Shown: positions 14,568 to 27,070 of the stretch, piece after piece | Layout of the letters: every line of letters starts with the position of its first letter | Position numbering within the stretch: position 1 is the first letter of the stretch | Notes under the pieces: model-generated | The model's input: only the letters and a program-made list of their open reading frames with translations | What the model was told of the DNA's origin: nothing | The model's database searches: none | Made by a program: the position numbers and the translations under genes | DNA from: Phoronis australis | Taxonomy: Eukaryota; Animalia; Phoronida | Length of the DNA: 64,000 bases | Direction of reading: 5' to 3' | NCBI GenBank assembly: GCA_002633005.1 | Contig: NMRA01000017.1 | Coordinates: 330,260-394,259, forward strand

Positions 14568-14899
14568 AGAAGTGGCCCTTTGTCAAGATCAATGCAAATT
14601 AACTTTTTAGTCTTTTTGTAATATTTACAATGTACCAACTTAAAACTCAGCTCTCCATATTGCAGACTTTAGCTCTGTGCAAATGCCAGAGAAAAACAAT
14701 TTGAGTGTAATAACGACCTCCATTGTTTAGAAAGTAGTGCTAGTGATTACCTTTCCACTTCATTAGCTCAGATCTACATCAATACAAAGGGCGTGATGAA
14801 TAGATGTGGTAAAAGTTGTCTGGGGCTTAGGGACTCGGAGCAGTAACCAGTGTAAGCCAGAAATTCTCCACATGAATAAAGTTAATGAACTGCACATAA

Positions 14900-15375
14900 C
14901 AGGGCTTGGAATTTTCCGCGGAAACACGGATTTCCGCTTTTTTCAAATGTTCTGTCCACGTAGTTCATTATATTTCCGCGTAAAAAAATGGGATTTGATT
15001 TAAAATTTCCGCGGCAAATTTCTTTCTTGCCGCGACGTTGCTGACGACTTTCACTTCGAAAAGCGGAAGTTGCTCTTTATGTTTCGGAGGAACGTAAATT
15101 GTTATCATTGCCTGGGATAGCGTGGTTTTCTTCAATAGCGTCTCGTGAGATTGTAAATCGTGGTGAGAAATACTACGACTCTGCAGCCAAAAATGTGTGG
15201 AGGTGGGAGTGGACGGACGAGCTAAAATGACACAGACGCATGCTTCTGGAGGTGGTACCTTTTTTTAAGGTCCGCATCAACAAAAATTCAAGGCCCCCAT
15301 TTTCAAGGCTGGGTGCGTGCATGTTTTGGGCTGTAAAAATTTCCGATTTTTTGTCATGGAACATTCCAAGCCCTG
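14900..15375. mobile_element. Non-autonomous TIR element (MITE, hAT-like termini)
   Basis: TIR CAGGGCTTGGAAT / ATTCCAAGCCCTG; flanking direct repeat ACATAA; related copy at 63773. Confidence 0.85.
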
Positions 15376-16292
15376 ACATAAGCAGGAAATCTGTAAGCAT
15401 TTCGTTCCTAATATGACATGTATTTTTGCGATAAAAATTAAATGTTGGTCTTCCAAGGATGACATTGTCACTATCCCTAGATTTCTAGCAGGTAGATATG
15501 GTCTAATTAGCTGAATTTTTGTACTAGACACAAACAAAAATCTAATTGTCTGTGACCTCAAACCAGTGGATTTCTCTGCCCCTGTTAATGTTCATTGTTC
15601 CACAAAGAATGGCTCTTTCATTCTCTCAGAGGTCTTTATGGTCCATGATCACTATTCATCAAATACTGGATCTACATGACTCATATCCAAGTATATACAT
15701 AATGGCACTAAATTACTTTGTGAAGAATTATTGTGGTAAATCTCAAGTTCTTTCTATCAAAAGTTGTCAATGGAGATGACTTCTCTACATTTTTTGCTTT
15801 TGAAAAGTCATTTCTTGCTGTTAATTTTTTAGAATATTCGTCTTGTTAAGACACACTGCAGAATGCTTTTAACTAAAGAATATCTCGTCGTTATTTTAAA
15901 AACCATTGTTCTGTTCTTGAACTTGAATTTCGGGAGTGATGAGTGGGCGAATTGCGCCATTCCAACATTTGATGTTACCCAGGATCACAAAATGCTTGGT
16001 TTTGCTGTTTTGTATGGCATGTAACCATGTCTATCAAGGTTAGATTAGCCCTGTTCATAGTTCTACTAAGATATTAGTAGGATTTAAGATACACCCTTGC
16101 CATTGTGTTGCAGTCGACTGACTTTATAAAGTTAAGTTACTTTGTCTAATATAATGAAAAGAAAAATATTATTGGAAACTAAAATTTGCTTTGAGATTTT
16201 TACCTAGACACTTGTCTTTTTTAAGGAAGTGTCAGTAATGTTGAGGTCTGTTGTGCGTTTGTTTTGACCAGTTATACATTTATATATTTATA

Positions 16293-18699
16293 CCGTAATC
16301 GTTCGGGTTAACGCCCTGGGCGGTTAAATTGGCAAATCCAAAAAATGGGGGGAGGGCGGTTAACCGAGCAGTGGGCGGTTAAATCAAAAATCCACCTAAA
16401 GTAGGGGATGGGCGGTTAACCGAACATGGGCGCTTATTATGACAGACAACAGCCCTGGGCGGTTAATCTTACCTGGCGATCTAAATTCCGACACGACAAT
16501 CATACTCGGAACGCGTAGCCCTTTTCAAAGAGCTTTATCGTCACGTCGCCAAATGACTGTGAAAACGTCATAACAGCGGATGATCCCAACAAAAGTTCTC
16601 TTGTCCTCAGATTAGTCATTCACTATTAAATTAACAAAATTGCTGAGTAATAGCCCCGTGCCGTCCTGCGGTGCGCAGACTCCACTAGAATTAAAACTGT
16701 TTCAAGATGTGACCCTGCTTAAGTGCGCGCGTACAAGCTTCACGTGTTGCAGAGGTAAGACATCAAATTTATGGTTACAGTCTCGTACTATATAGCTGTC
16801 AAGTTCTGAGTCAGAGAGCAGTTTTAAAATTGGTTGTAATAAAAGTTTGAAAAACTTAACTCTGCTGTTTTTTGTGTTTGGGATGTTATAGTCGACACTC
16901 CGTGACTCAATGACATTTTCAGCGTATGGTTCTGCAGCTAGCTGTCTTATCTCGACAGCCCGGCATTGCTCTCTTGCCGTTGCGCCAAACATGCTATGCA
17001 AAGAAGTAAGACAAGGATCGGGGGTGGTCGAGCCAGTCGTCGATCAAGAATAAAATTTCAAGCAACTGCATAAATATGTTACAAAATGTCAGAAAACAGC
17101 AATGTTTCAATTCATTTTTCTAAACGATCACCTTACCAAACTTCGTGGTGGAAAAACATTTATTTTTCATGCAAGATGTCCAGATTATCCTATTTATATC
17201 ACTTGTAATATCGCACTGCGGCACTGTTCGGTCGCGCTGTTATCGCGCAATGTCTCAGTCGGCTGACAATTGTGTCTTGAAAATGCCGTCAAGTAATATA
17301 ACGGCCTCTTTCAATATGCATCTCGGTTTTTTTATGGCCAAAGATAGTGGCGGTATTCAGCACGCACGTAGGGCCTACGTGTGAGTCACCTGTCAATCAC
17401 ATGTTGGTGTCAAGGTAACATGCACTCCAAAGTGTGGGAACTCGCGCACGTGCACCACTACAAATCAGTCACACATAGCGACAGTCCGACGAAGTAACAA
17501 AAACGGGCGTGACTATGTACTTTTAAGCTGTTGTTACGAAAGACCCAGTTCTTTACGATATTCCTCTGTTGCCAATGTTCCCCAAAACTGCGATGTCAAG
17601 TCTATTCCCATATTTCCCGGCTCGATGCTCCCTAAGCCCATCCCTGTAAATAGCTGCGTGAATCTCCTACCCACTATCGTCAAGCAGTCTACGTCGTAGA
17701 TATTTCAGACTCGAATGGTAAGAATTTTTGTTTAGGCTGAAAATGGCCAATGTATAAACAAAATTATTCTGGATGGCTAAAAAGGGGATGTGGAAACGAT
17801 AATTCACACAGTCACGCGTACGTGGGGGCTGACGCAAGAAATAGTAAACAACAGCCAGCGACATTAATTAAATCTGCTAACCAGTTTGACAGAGATGCAA
17901 TAAGCAAAAAACAAAATTTGACTAGCCGTTTTTTATTACTTCAAGATCATACACAAACATACATTATTGCCAATGTTTGAATTCAGAAATCGACAGGCAG
18001 CAACGAAATCAGTAACCCAGTAAGGCACTTGTACTGTCCCTTCGGTCGCCCCACATCCTTTATAACCCGGCAGTTATATTCATCAAAATATTGAGAATTT
18101 GACATGTTTCCGTGAGTTGTGAGATTTGTTCAAAATACGAGAGCTTCCCACCTTAATAGAATTTGGAAGGTTGGCAAAACCATTGTCACATTTCTCTGGC
18201 CTGATTTTTTGGAATATATGTTTTATCTAGTGCACTGCAGACGGAAACTCAGCGCGGCAGACAAAGTCGCTGAAAACGGAGGTTTTGACGCCGGCGGCGT
18301 TCTTAAACTTTGCAAACAAGGGAAGAAAATAAAGTGACAAAAAGGTTCAAGTATTATATTTTGAATTGAGTTCATGACCCAAGACAGTAACTCGTTACCT
18401 GTATTGTAATTCAGATTGCTAAACCACCGTCTTGGGGTCCCGGCGTCGTTGCACTCATTGTGATCATCGATCTTTTTCTAAAAGTCGGGGAATCGCGCGT
18501 TTCCTTAGCACAAGGCGCTAAATCTTCATTCTTTAAAAGTCGGGGATGGGCGCTTAACCGAGAGGAGGGCGCTTAACTGGAAATCTTCAAAAATCGCAGG
18601 GAGGCGCTTAACCGAGCAATGGGCGGTTAAATCGAAAATCCACTTAAAGTCGGGGATGGGCGGTTAACTGAACACGGGCGTTAACCCGAACGATTACGG
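16293..18699. mobile_element. 2.4-kb non-autonomous DNA transposon (Tc1/mariner superfamily, Tc2/pogo-like ends)
   Basis: 24-bp perfect TIR CCGTAATCGTTCGGGTTAACGCCC; TA on both sides; subterminal GGGCGGTTAA/GGGCGCTTAA repeats; CpG-rich; no recognisable transposase. Confidence 0.88.
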
Positions 18700-19737
18700 T
18701 ATAATGCTGTCTCTAATTCTGACTATTTCTAACTCAGAGTGGCAATGCGTTCATAAAAAGAACTGCGGTCTGTGAAAAAATGTTTATCAGTAAAACATAA
18801 TTACAATGCATGAGAAAAGAATCTTGGCTCATGAGAAAAGCTTGTGTGATAAAAAGGATGAGAGGAAAGGATACTAGCTACCTCTGGTGCTATTTGTTCA
18901 TTTCGATGCAAGCAATGTGTTACTGCAACTGCAGCTCTCTCTGAGGTTTCTTTCAAGCATGCAACAAATAAGGCCAAGCAAAATGTAGTCTTGTTGCATA
19001 AACACACAGCTACCCAATTAGACCAAGAAAACACATAATGCTTACATGATCCTTCTTTGTACTCGCAATATTGTATTTGATGTCTGCTGGTTACTTTAAT
19101 TGTTCCAGGCTCACTGATCAATAGCCTTCCAGTGATTGGCTATTGACCTTTTGTGCCTGGAGTTCCTTTTGTGATCAAGATGTTTTGTTTAATTATCTAG
19201 ATTATGTTCTGCTTTTAATGTTAATCAATGATTTATGTCCAAATTGTTTTGGCATTTTCTGTATTCAACTTGATGTCTTCCAGACGCATTTGCCCTCTGG
19301 TAGATAGAAATGAAACTAGTTGTGCTCAAAATAAGGACTCATGAAGGCTGTTGCTAGAAATTTGAAATAAGGTGTAAGCTCGTTTTTACAAAATGTGGCA
19401 TAGAAGTTTGAATACAAGTATTCAAGTTGCTAACATGTTTGGTTAGTAATTTTTTTCCAAAATGAAGAATTTTGATGGCAATTGGTTAATAATATACATA
19501 ATTATGTACAATTAACATATTAGTTCTAATATGTACAAATAATAATACAATACTTCACATCTGAATTAACGTTTCACATTCTCATGACATGAAATAATAA
19601 TATTTAAGCACATTAACCTATCTGTTCATGAATCAGTCAATATGACACGTTTTAGTGTAAATAATTTCTTTAAAATTTGTTGTACTTGTTACGTGTGTTG
19701 TCTTGTATGCTCAAGATGTTGACTGTAAACATGATGT

Positions 19738-19927
19738 ATGGCCAATATTAATATTAAATTTATAGCAGGTTGCTCTTCTGCTTGTCCATATATTTTTCAT
19801 CTATCATCACAATCTCCTTATCTACCATCACTGCTCCAAAATGAGCCTGTAAACGGGCATTTAGCTTGGAAATGTAACAATTATTCTTGGCTTTCACTTG
19901 GGGGATTGAGGGATTCCAATCTTCCAG
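19738..19927 (+). CDS. Weak candidate exon (phase-1 first exon, or 159-nt symmetric cassette 19769-19927)
   Basis: 63 codons + 1 nt to strong donor CAG|GTAAGA; possible acceptor TAGCAG| at 19768; peptide not recognised. Confidence 0.25.
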
Positions 19928-20520
19928 GTAAGAATGTCTTCCAATGGCACAGTGAATGAGACAAAATTGTAATCATGGGGAGTTTTATACCTCCCGAAAA
20001 AAGGGATGTTATTTGTATGTCTTTTGTTCCACCTAACTCTAATTTCCACTTTTCTCTAGATACTGGACGTATTTTGACTAGCATTGAACCTGTCATAAAA
20101 GTAGAATCTACTGTTTTTTACTTAAGTTCAGAATTTTCGTATTCAGTGGACAATTTAGCAATAATATGTCACCGTTGATCTTAGGCATCCACCTAAATTA
20201 GAATTTAATAGCTCTCTCAATCCCCATGAATGTTGTCATCAGAGGGTGAAATGAAAATTTGTTGCAAAATGACTTCTGATCAATAAAGTTGTCATCAATG
20301 TCTACTTAAGCTATAGACATACCTGGACATACCTGAACATACCTGACACTTGTCATGCCGATTCTTTAGTTCAGGTTTATCAACTTTGATTTATGAAAAG
20401 TCAGGAATATCTGGCATAAAACTAATGTGATGAAAGTGTTTCTCAACCAGTTTTTTTCGTTATCTTAAAAGTTTCCATTGCTATTTCGTTTGTCCTTAAG
20501 TGCATGCTCAAATTTGTTTA

Positions 20521-20870
20521 AACTGTGTGCACCTCTTGGTACCACAACTGTACGCACTTCTTGGTGCCACAACTGTGCGTACCTCTTTGTGCCACAACTG
20601 TGCGTACCTCTTGGTGCCACAATTGTGCGCACCTCTTGGTGCCACAGCTGTGCGCACCTCTTGGTGCCACAACTGTGCCTACCTCTTGGTGCCACAACTG
20701 TGCGCACCTCTTGGTACCACAACTGTGCCCACCTCTTGGTACCAGAACTGTACGCACCTCTTGGTGCCACAACTGTACACACCTCTTGGTGCCACAACTG
20801 TGCCCACCTCTTGGTGCCACAGCTGTGCGCACCTCTTGGTGCCACAACTGTGCGCAACTCTTGGTACCAC
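20521..20870. repeat. Minisatellite, 25-bp unit x14 (AACTGTGCGCACCTCTTGGTGCCAC)
   Basis: Direct tandem copies with no spacers; explains the six overlapping repetitive ORFs here. Confidence 0.97.
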
Positions 20871-21377
20871 AATTCAAAATATTCAAATCTGCAAATGTCT
20901 TATTGTTGAAAAATCTATTTCAATGAAACAATTAGTGGGGGGTGGGGGTTGTGGAACTGATGTATTACCAGAATGAACTGGGGTGAACTGGAGTAAGGTT
21001 TTTTAATTTTACAAAAATATTACAAACACACACAATTGTAAATATCTAATTTTCGATAGTAGCTTTATCTCGATGCAAACAAAAGAACAGTTTCCAAACA
21101 AAAGAGCAGTTGCATTTTGATATTACTTTGATAATTTATGTAAAATAGTGAAAGTTTTTTTGTGTCTTAAACTCGAATATCTGGTTCCTTTACATTTCCA
21201 CTCATTTATATAATTTTTTTATGTTTATTTAACATAATACTGAATTCCATATCAAAACGCAATTTAATACCGATGTGCATTTTGGTTAGTACTTAAGCGA
21301 GTTTTGCATGGACTCAAAAATTGGGTTTGTACAATAATCCAGTTCAAAACTCTATTTTTCGGCTCCTTGTAGATGCC

Positions 21378-21563
21378 AAATATTATGTATTCATATAAAT
21401 ATTATGTATTCATACAGATATGTATTCATACAAATATTATGTAGTTCATACAAATAGTATGTATTCATACAAATATGTATTCCTACAAATATGTATTCAT
21501 ACAAATATTATGTAATTCATACAAATAGTATGTATTCATACAAATATTATGTATTCATACAAA
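21378..21563. repeat. AT-rich tandem repeat, about 16-20-bp unit (AAATATTATGTATTCATAC)
   Basis: About 10 degenerate copies. Confidence 0.92.
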
Positions 21564-21787
21564 ATTATTAGAATTAGTATGTTTATGTCATTTTTTAATT
21601 TTGATAAACTTTTTACCTCGAGTTTCTTTCAAAATGTTTCTAAGTTATGAGTTCGCTTTGTTGTAGTCGTCGTTTTCAAGTCTTGAAGTGGCAGTAAATC
21701 TATAAATGTTGAAATAGACCTTATTCCAGATTAACACCATCAGAGTAACTAATGTACTGTGATGTCATCTCATCGTTTGGTTACTGT

Positions 21788-21845
21788 CCTCGCTGTTTCC
21801 CTGCGTGTCACTAGGTGGCAGAGAACACGCAGGAAACCAGCGAGG
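21788..21845. mobile_element. 58-bp palindromic mini-element with 8-bp TSD
   Basis: Arms CCTCGCTGTTTCCCTGCGTGT / ACACGCAGGAAACCAGCGAGG; GTTACTGT duplicated at 21780-21787 and 21846-21853. Confidence 0.75.
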
Positions 21846-22974
21846 GTTACTGTCTTGATTTCTGTATTCACTATTTTGTTTTGCTCCTATAAATATGTTC
21901 TTGAAATCACTAACACAGCTCCAGCACACAGTTGGCTTTTTGCAATGCTTTTTGGCACTAGTTATGTGTCCAATAGGGGTCAGTACATGCAAGTGAAGTA
22001 ACATTTGACTGTTATAAGCAATATTGCTGTAAAATGGGGAACCCCTGCAAATGACTACTGCCTATTGATCTCTGTCTCAAAGAAGTATGTATGGCTAAAA
22101 TGTGAATTTCAGTATTGAATTGGTGAGAGACGTTAGCTGATTCATTCATTGATAAATTTCATGTAGTTTCACGATCTTCCATAAATTTTTTGTTGTCTTG
22201 TGATTGTTATTTATTATAATCCTGCTGGTTGTAACAATAAAAAATTCAGAAATTTTATTTTAAACTTTAAAGTAATTAAAATGTATGTAATCAAGTTTGT
22301 CAATTTGATTCCCTCTTTTTAATGATTTTTCCCAGTTCTGAAGGGAGGGTTAGGATTACTTCACCCAAAGTTGTGTTATGAATGCCTTGAATTTGGTTTG
22401 AATACACCTCTCGAAATTCCTTGAAAACTCCTCGAGTTTTTTATGATTTTGATGTAAAAATCAAATACAATTTTTTTAGAAAACTAATGTTTTGTTATGC
22501 CTTGAAGTGAACATTTATCAAAGGAAATTCAGCTATGTTAGTGATGGTGCTGTTTTACTTTGAACGTGTCTTTTGTCACACGACACAAGTCTTTTGTCAT
22601 ACGGCACAATTAATGCCAGTGGTACAAAGCTAAAAATCAAACTCTACTTACTTGCTACCGTCACAAATACTTTTACTGGATTAATTAATATAATTTTGTT
22701 TGTACTGACTTCTCAGTAAGGTTCTACGTAACCTTGAAGTGGTTATAAAACTGATTTTTTTCTGGGCTGTCAAAAGACCAACTTTACATTTAAACCACTT
22801 TCCGCTATAAAAATGTTCTTTACTCAGAAAAAGGGTTTTGGGGCTGTGTAAGAACTGGGTGTTTCCTTTGTAAAGTGTGTGACTTACCGCTCTTTGTGTA
22901 AAGTAACACCATGACAAGCTATTTTATAGTGACCCATATCAAGTAATTATAATGAACTGTCACGCCTCCCCAAG

Positions 22975-23318
22975 ACTGTAAGAACCTTGACTAAGGCAAA
23001 CATTCTCCAGTTGGGGACATTCTCTGAAATTTGGGACTCAGAAATTCAAGTCACAATTGAATTTTCTTGATTCTGAAGATTGGGACGTCACTGGACAATT
23101 TTTGCCGTTCATTATATTTCTCAAATATTGAACACTGCATTTTGAATTAACAAATTCTGAAATAAAACTCTCAATGGTAGTTGCCAATACAAAATTCTTT
23201 CTCGTTATTCTTGAATTTGGGTCAGCCTATAAATTCTTATTTCTGAAATTTGGTACAAGCTCCAATTTTGAACAAAATAATCAGTTTTTTATTGCCCTAA
23301 ACTGAAGAATTTTTACCG
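22975..23318. mobile_element. MITE family A, copy 1
   Basis: Shares AAATTTGGGACTC, ACACTGCATTTT and the right end AAACTGAAGAATTTTTACCG-TA with copies near 26692 and 58332. Confidence 0.65.
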
Positions 23319-23426
23319 TAGATGTCAGGCTATAAATGTCTTAAATGGAAAGCGTATTTTTGCTACATTAAAAACTTATGTGTTCTGCATGACATAGGTG
23401 TAGCGCGGTTTGCCTAGTGCCGTGCT

Positions 23427-23454
23427 ATGGCACATAATTTATTGATGAGACATG
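23427..23454 (+). CDS. Candidate alternative first coding exon (MAHNLLMRH, phase 1)
   Basis: GCT-ATG-G; 9 codons + 1 nt; strong donor ATG|GTGAGT. Confidence 0.45.
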
Positions 23455-26452
23455 GTGAGTCTTCCACTTAGATGTCAATTAGCTTTCACTTATGTTTTAC
23501 GCTGCTTCACCTGTAGTTATGGAGATGTGGAGATTTTCAGAGATATCTTGTTTAATTAAAAGCGTTTTTTCCATGTTGGCCATTTGTGTTCGCTGATCAC
23601 TTATGCCCTCAGTGTGAGTGTAGTTCTGGACTTCCACTCACATTTGGTCTAAGGGTTTGGTTTGCACCTTTGTAGCTACCCCAAAAGTGAAAGAAATGGA
23701 GTGGGTCAGGTTTGACAGAAGTTTTGTGAACTAAGTTGGAAGTGATTGTCATGAATAAAATGTACAAAGTAGTTCCTTGAAGTTGTTTTGAGTAAACAGA
23801 GATCAGAAATTTGGGCGCTAGCTCTGCTCCTGTCCCGCTATTTTCGGAACAAAGCCTTATTCAGTGTTGAATTATAGGCGTGAATCCTGATACCTTTCAG
23901 TCAAGTGGAAATTGGCAAAAATCTGGTTGAAATATTTTAACCTAAATTTACGGAATCTAGAGTGCAAGTGCATTAGGATTCTTGTCTCCTCTCTTGTACC
24001 GGTTCAGTTGTAAATTTGTGATTTTAGGTAAAAAGGGCAATATCATTATTTTTTGGTCATTTTTGGCATCTCAATTTTCTGGTGCACTTAGCAAGGCAAA
24101 AAGACATAGTTTTGTTGAATTCCTTCATCTTCCAGAAATGCCATCTACTAAGTGTGCGTTTTGTAAATTATGCCGTTTTTCATGTGTCTTGAGACTGGGT
24201 GTAAACAAGGGTTTTTATTGACCAAGACCAGTAAAAACATCAAAATCAGCCACTGGAACTGTGGTCTTTGCGCTTAAGTTGACGTCACACTGCCCTCTGT
24301 TGGTTTTCCTATGTCAATATTTGTCAAAGCTGTGTGAAAGGTTGCATGTGTGTAACCATTGATTTTGTAGCACGCTATTCATGAATTGTTACGAATCCAA
24401 CATTTATTTTGAAGTTCATGTCATCAATTATGAACAACTGGCATTACATGGCATTGTCTTGGCTTGTTGTTGCATTGACTACAGTAGGTGGTGACATTCC
24501 CTAAGGATAATATTGTTTTCCTTTGGGGGTACTCCTAGAATAACTGTAGGCAGTTGACAAACTACTTTGAGCTTTCATGGCTATGGAAAACAGAACCCAT
24601 GGAGCTTCAGTTTAGGATTAACTTGCATTTATTGTTTTTGGGATGCCAGAGATAAAATAATGAATCAATTGCCAAATCCAAGAAACACAAGGTAATGGTA
24701 AATAAATACTGATTTGACACTAAATGATGCATGTAAAGTCAGCCATTAAGGTCCAATAAACATTCTGTCAGAAAATAATATTCGATTGAAACCACTTAAA
24801 ATTATAAACTTGGTTTCATGTTTTTCTTTGCTCAAGCTATAGATGATTTTCAGTGCTTGGGGAGAATTGACTGCTTGTTTTTATTTAAAGACAGGCTAAA
24901 CAAGTTGGCTTGCCTCGCCAATTCATTTTACATATGATGGCCTCGTGCTACAATGCAGAAAAATCAGATAACCCCAAGCCCAGGAACCATATCTGCCCAG
25001 TAAAGGAGCAGGTTAACACCAATCAGAACACTTAGACTTTGATGGACGGACACAGTGTTAATAGCAGCTTTCATTCATGTCATTAATTATTTTAAAATTG
25101 ATGTTGGAAATGCTCAACAATGCCTTGCTTCTATTTTTTGTTGTTGAGCAATACTACATATGAAAGGGTCTTAAAATGTGTTGATATCTCCAAACTTCAG
25201 ATAGCAGTTCATTCTTTTTTGTACAAGGATAATGTCTTGCCAATTGTACAAGGGTGATGTCTTGCTAATTTTGGACAAAAATTGACAAAACTGACCTTTT
25301 TTCATTTGGTTAAATGCTTCTATAATTTTTTATAGGTGAGGAGTTCCCACATGTGTGAACTCCGCTAAATCATACAACTGTAAAATCGTGCCTTCTGTTG
25401 GCCCAATACATTTTGTATTATTCTAATGGTTTTGTGTTATTCTAATCGCCGCACGTGTAGTAGGGATGCTTATTCTACAGGAGACAATGGATTGTTTCAC
25501 CTACAGTTTTGTAGTCTTAGAACAATCAAAATGTATTTGAAATTTGAATCGTTGGTGATCACACAAAGGATTTTTGCCCAGAGAATAATGTTGGTTGTCA
25601 ATATTTGATCTTGTTGATTGATTGGTGGCTGAGTCCTATTAGATAACTTATTCAAACTTGTTGGCACTCATCAGCCCATACAGTGAGCATCTTACCAGTG
25701 TCTGAGTATATTGTGGAGCACGTCTGGAGGGGACACTGTTGCCTGATCCACTCCCCCCTGTGGCTAATAATGAAGAGTGGTTAATTAGTTAATTGCGAGT
25801 AACACTTTGCCACCTGCTCTATATAGTCATGCTCCACTGGGTAGCCTCTTATTAAGTTTGCATGACCTCCTGCTGTTCACGGTTCATAATTCCTGAGTGC
25901 TGTCACTTCACAGGGGCTCAGGGTGTTCAATATGCAAGCTCTTGCAGAAATCAATGTGTTGACTGATTAAGAAGACCAGCTCTAATTATTACATGCAAAT
26001 CTAGGACAGGACAGAGAACATGGGAGTTGTTGAATTGCTCTCAGTAGGGCTCCACCAAGGGCAAGTGAGGACTTAATTACATCTCAGTGCTGACTTCCGT
26101 GGGAGTAGGGCGGCCACGCACTTCCTTAGTTGGTTACAAAGTGATTCTTTACTGATCAGCTCTGCAGTACAAACATTGTTTGTGAACTTGAATGACTGTT
26201 ATTACATGACTTGCACTGTTAGTCTCCTTCTATCTGATCTGGGAACCGTTCAAGTAACAAAGCTCATCTGACAATAGGAGTGTGAGAACTTATTGGTAGA
26301 GTGCACAACAGAAGTTTACATTGCAGCAGATGTTGGTTGCAGTGCACATGAAACCCTTTAGGAAGCTGGATCATGCCTTCTTGAATGATTGAATCCATTT
26401 AGACACCTTGAATTAGTTTAGCAAGTGTGAGCACACAAGTCAGAGAGTGGAA

Positions 26453-26582
26453 ATGTTTGCCGCCACAAATGCCAATGTTTCCTGTGGCGACAATCACAAA
26501 GGATCCAGTCGTAAGATTTCACGCCTTGGAACAGTAATCACATCCAAGTTTACAGGACTGAAGCAGGGAAAGAAAGTAGCTG
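26453..26582 (+). CDS. Candidate alternative first coding exon (MFAATNANVSCGDNHKGSSRKISRLGTVITSKFTGLKQGKKVA, phase 1)
   Basis: 43 open codons + 1 nt; donor CTG|GTAGGT; MF...NVS start, basic tail and GTAGGT donor as in the 10335 exon. Confidence 0.72.
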
Positions 26583-26691
26583 GTAGGTGTATACTTCTTG
26601 ACATTGTGACTAGCTAGCTGTGACTTGATCTTTAGTCACTGCCAAATAGGGTATGCTTGCTGCTGGCCAGGGCTATCTTAGGTATTAGTTA

Positions 26692-27070
26692 TGGTAAAAA
26701 CTCTTTGGGACAGTGAAAAATTAAGGATTTTTTCCAGGTTGGAGTGCACACCAAATTTTAGAAATAGACAATATTGGCTTTCCCAAACTCAAGAGTGACA
26801 ATCAATGACAATCAAGCATTCTCCTCCATGTTAAAGATATTGCATCGTCGGCAATTTTCTATGATTTTATGAACTTTAAAGCATATTTTGCAACTTTGGT
26901 GACTAAAAAAAAAACGCTATTTCCGATATTTGAGAAACGTGACTCATAGGACATATGGTGATCGCCAACATTGCCCAAGTCTTAATCTTCATAATTAAGG
27001 AAATTCAAATTCGACTTGAATTTTGGCGTTCTGACTTTTAGAGAGTGCCCAAACTGGAGAATTTTTACCG
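26692..27070. mobile_element. MITE family A, copy 2 (diverged)
   Basis: Left end TA-TGGTAAAAACTC; right end GCCCAAACTGGAGAATTTTTACCG-TA. Confidence 0.55.

Noticed and set aside
20465-20976. Six overlapping 63-158 aa repetitive ORFs, or a CRISPR-like array
   Set aside because: Pure 25-bp tandem repeat without unique spacers; the unit is not a multiple of 3 and the ORFs are an artefact
22034-22054. MGNPCK, a myristoylation-like start
   Set aside because: In-frame TGA after 6 codons and no donor
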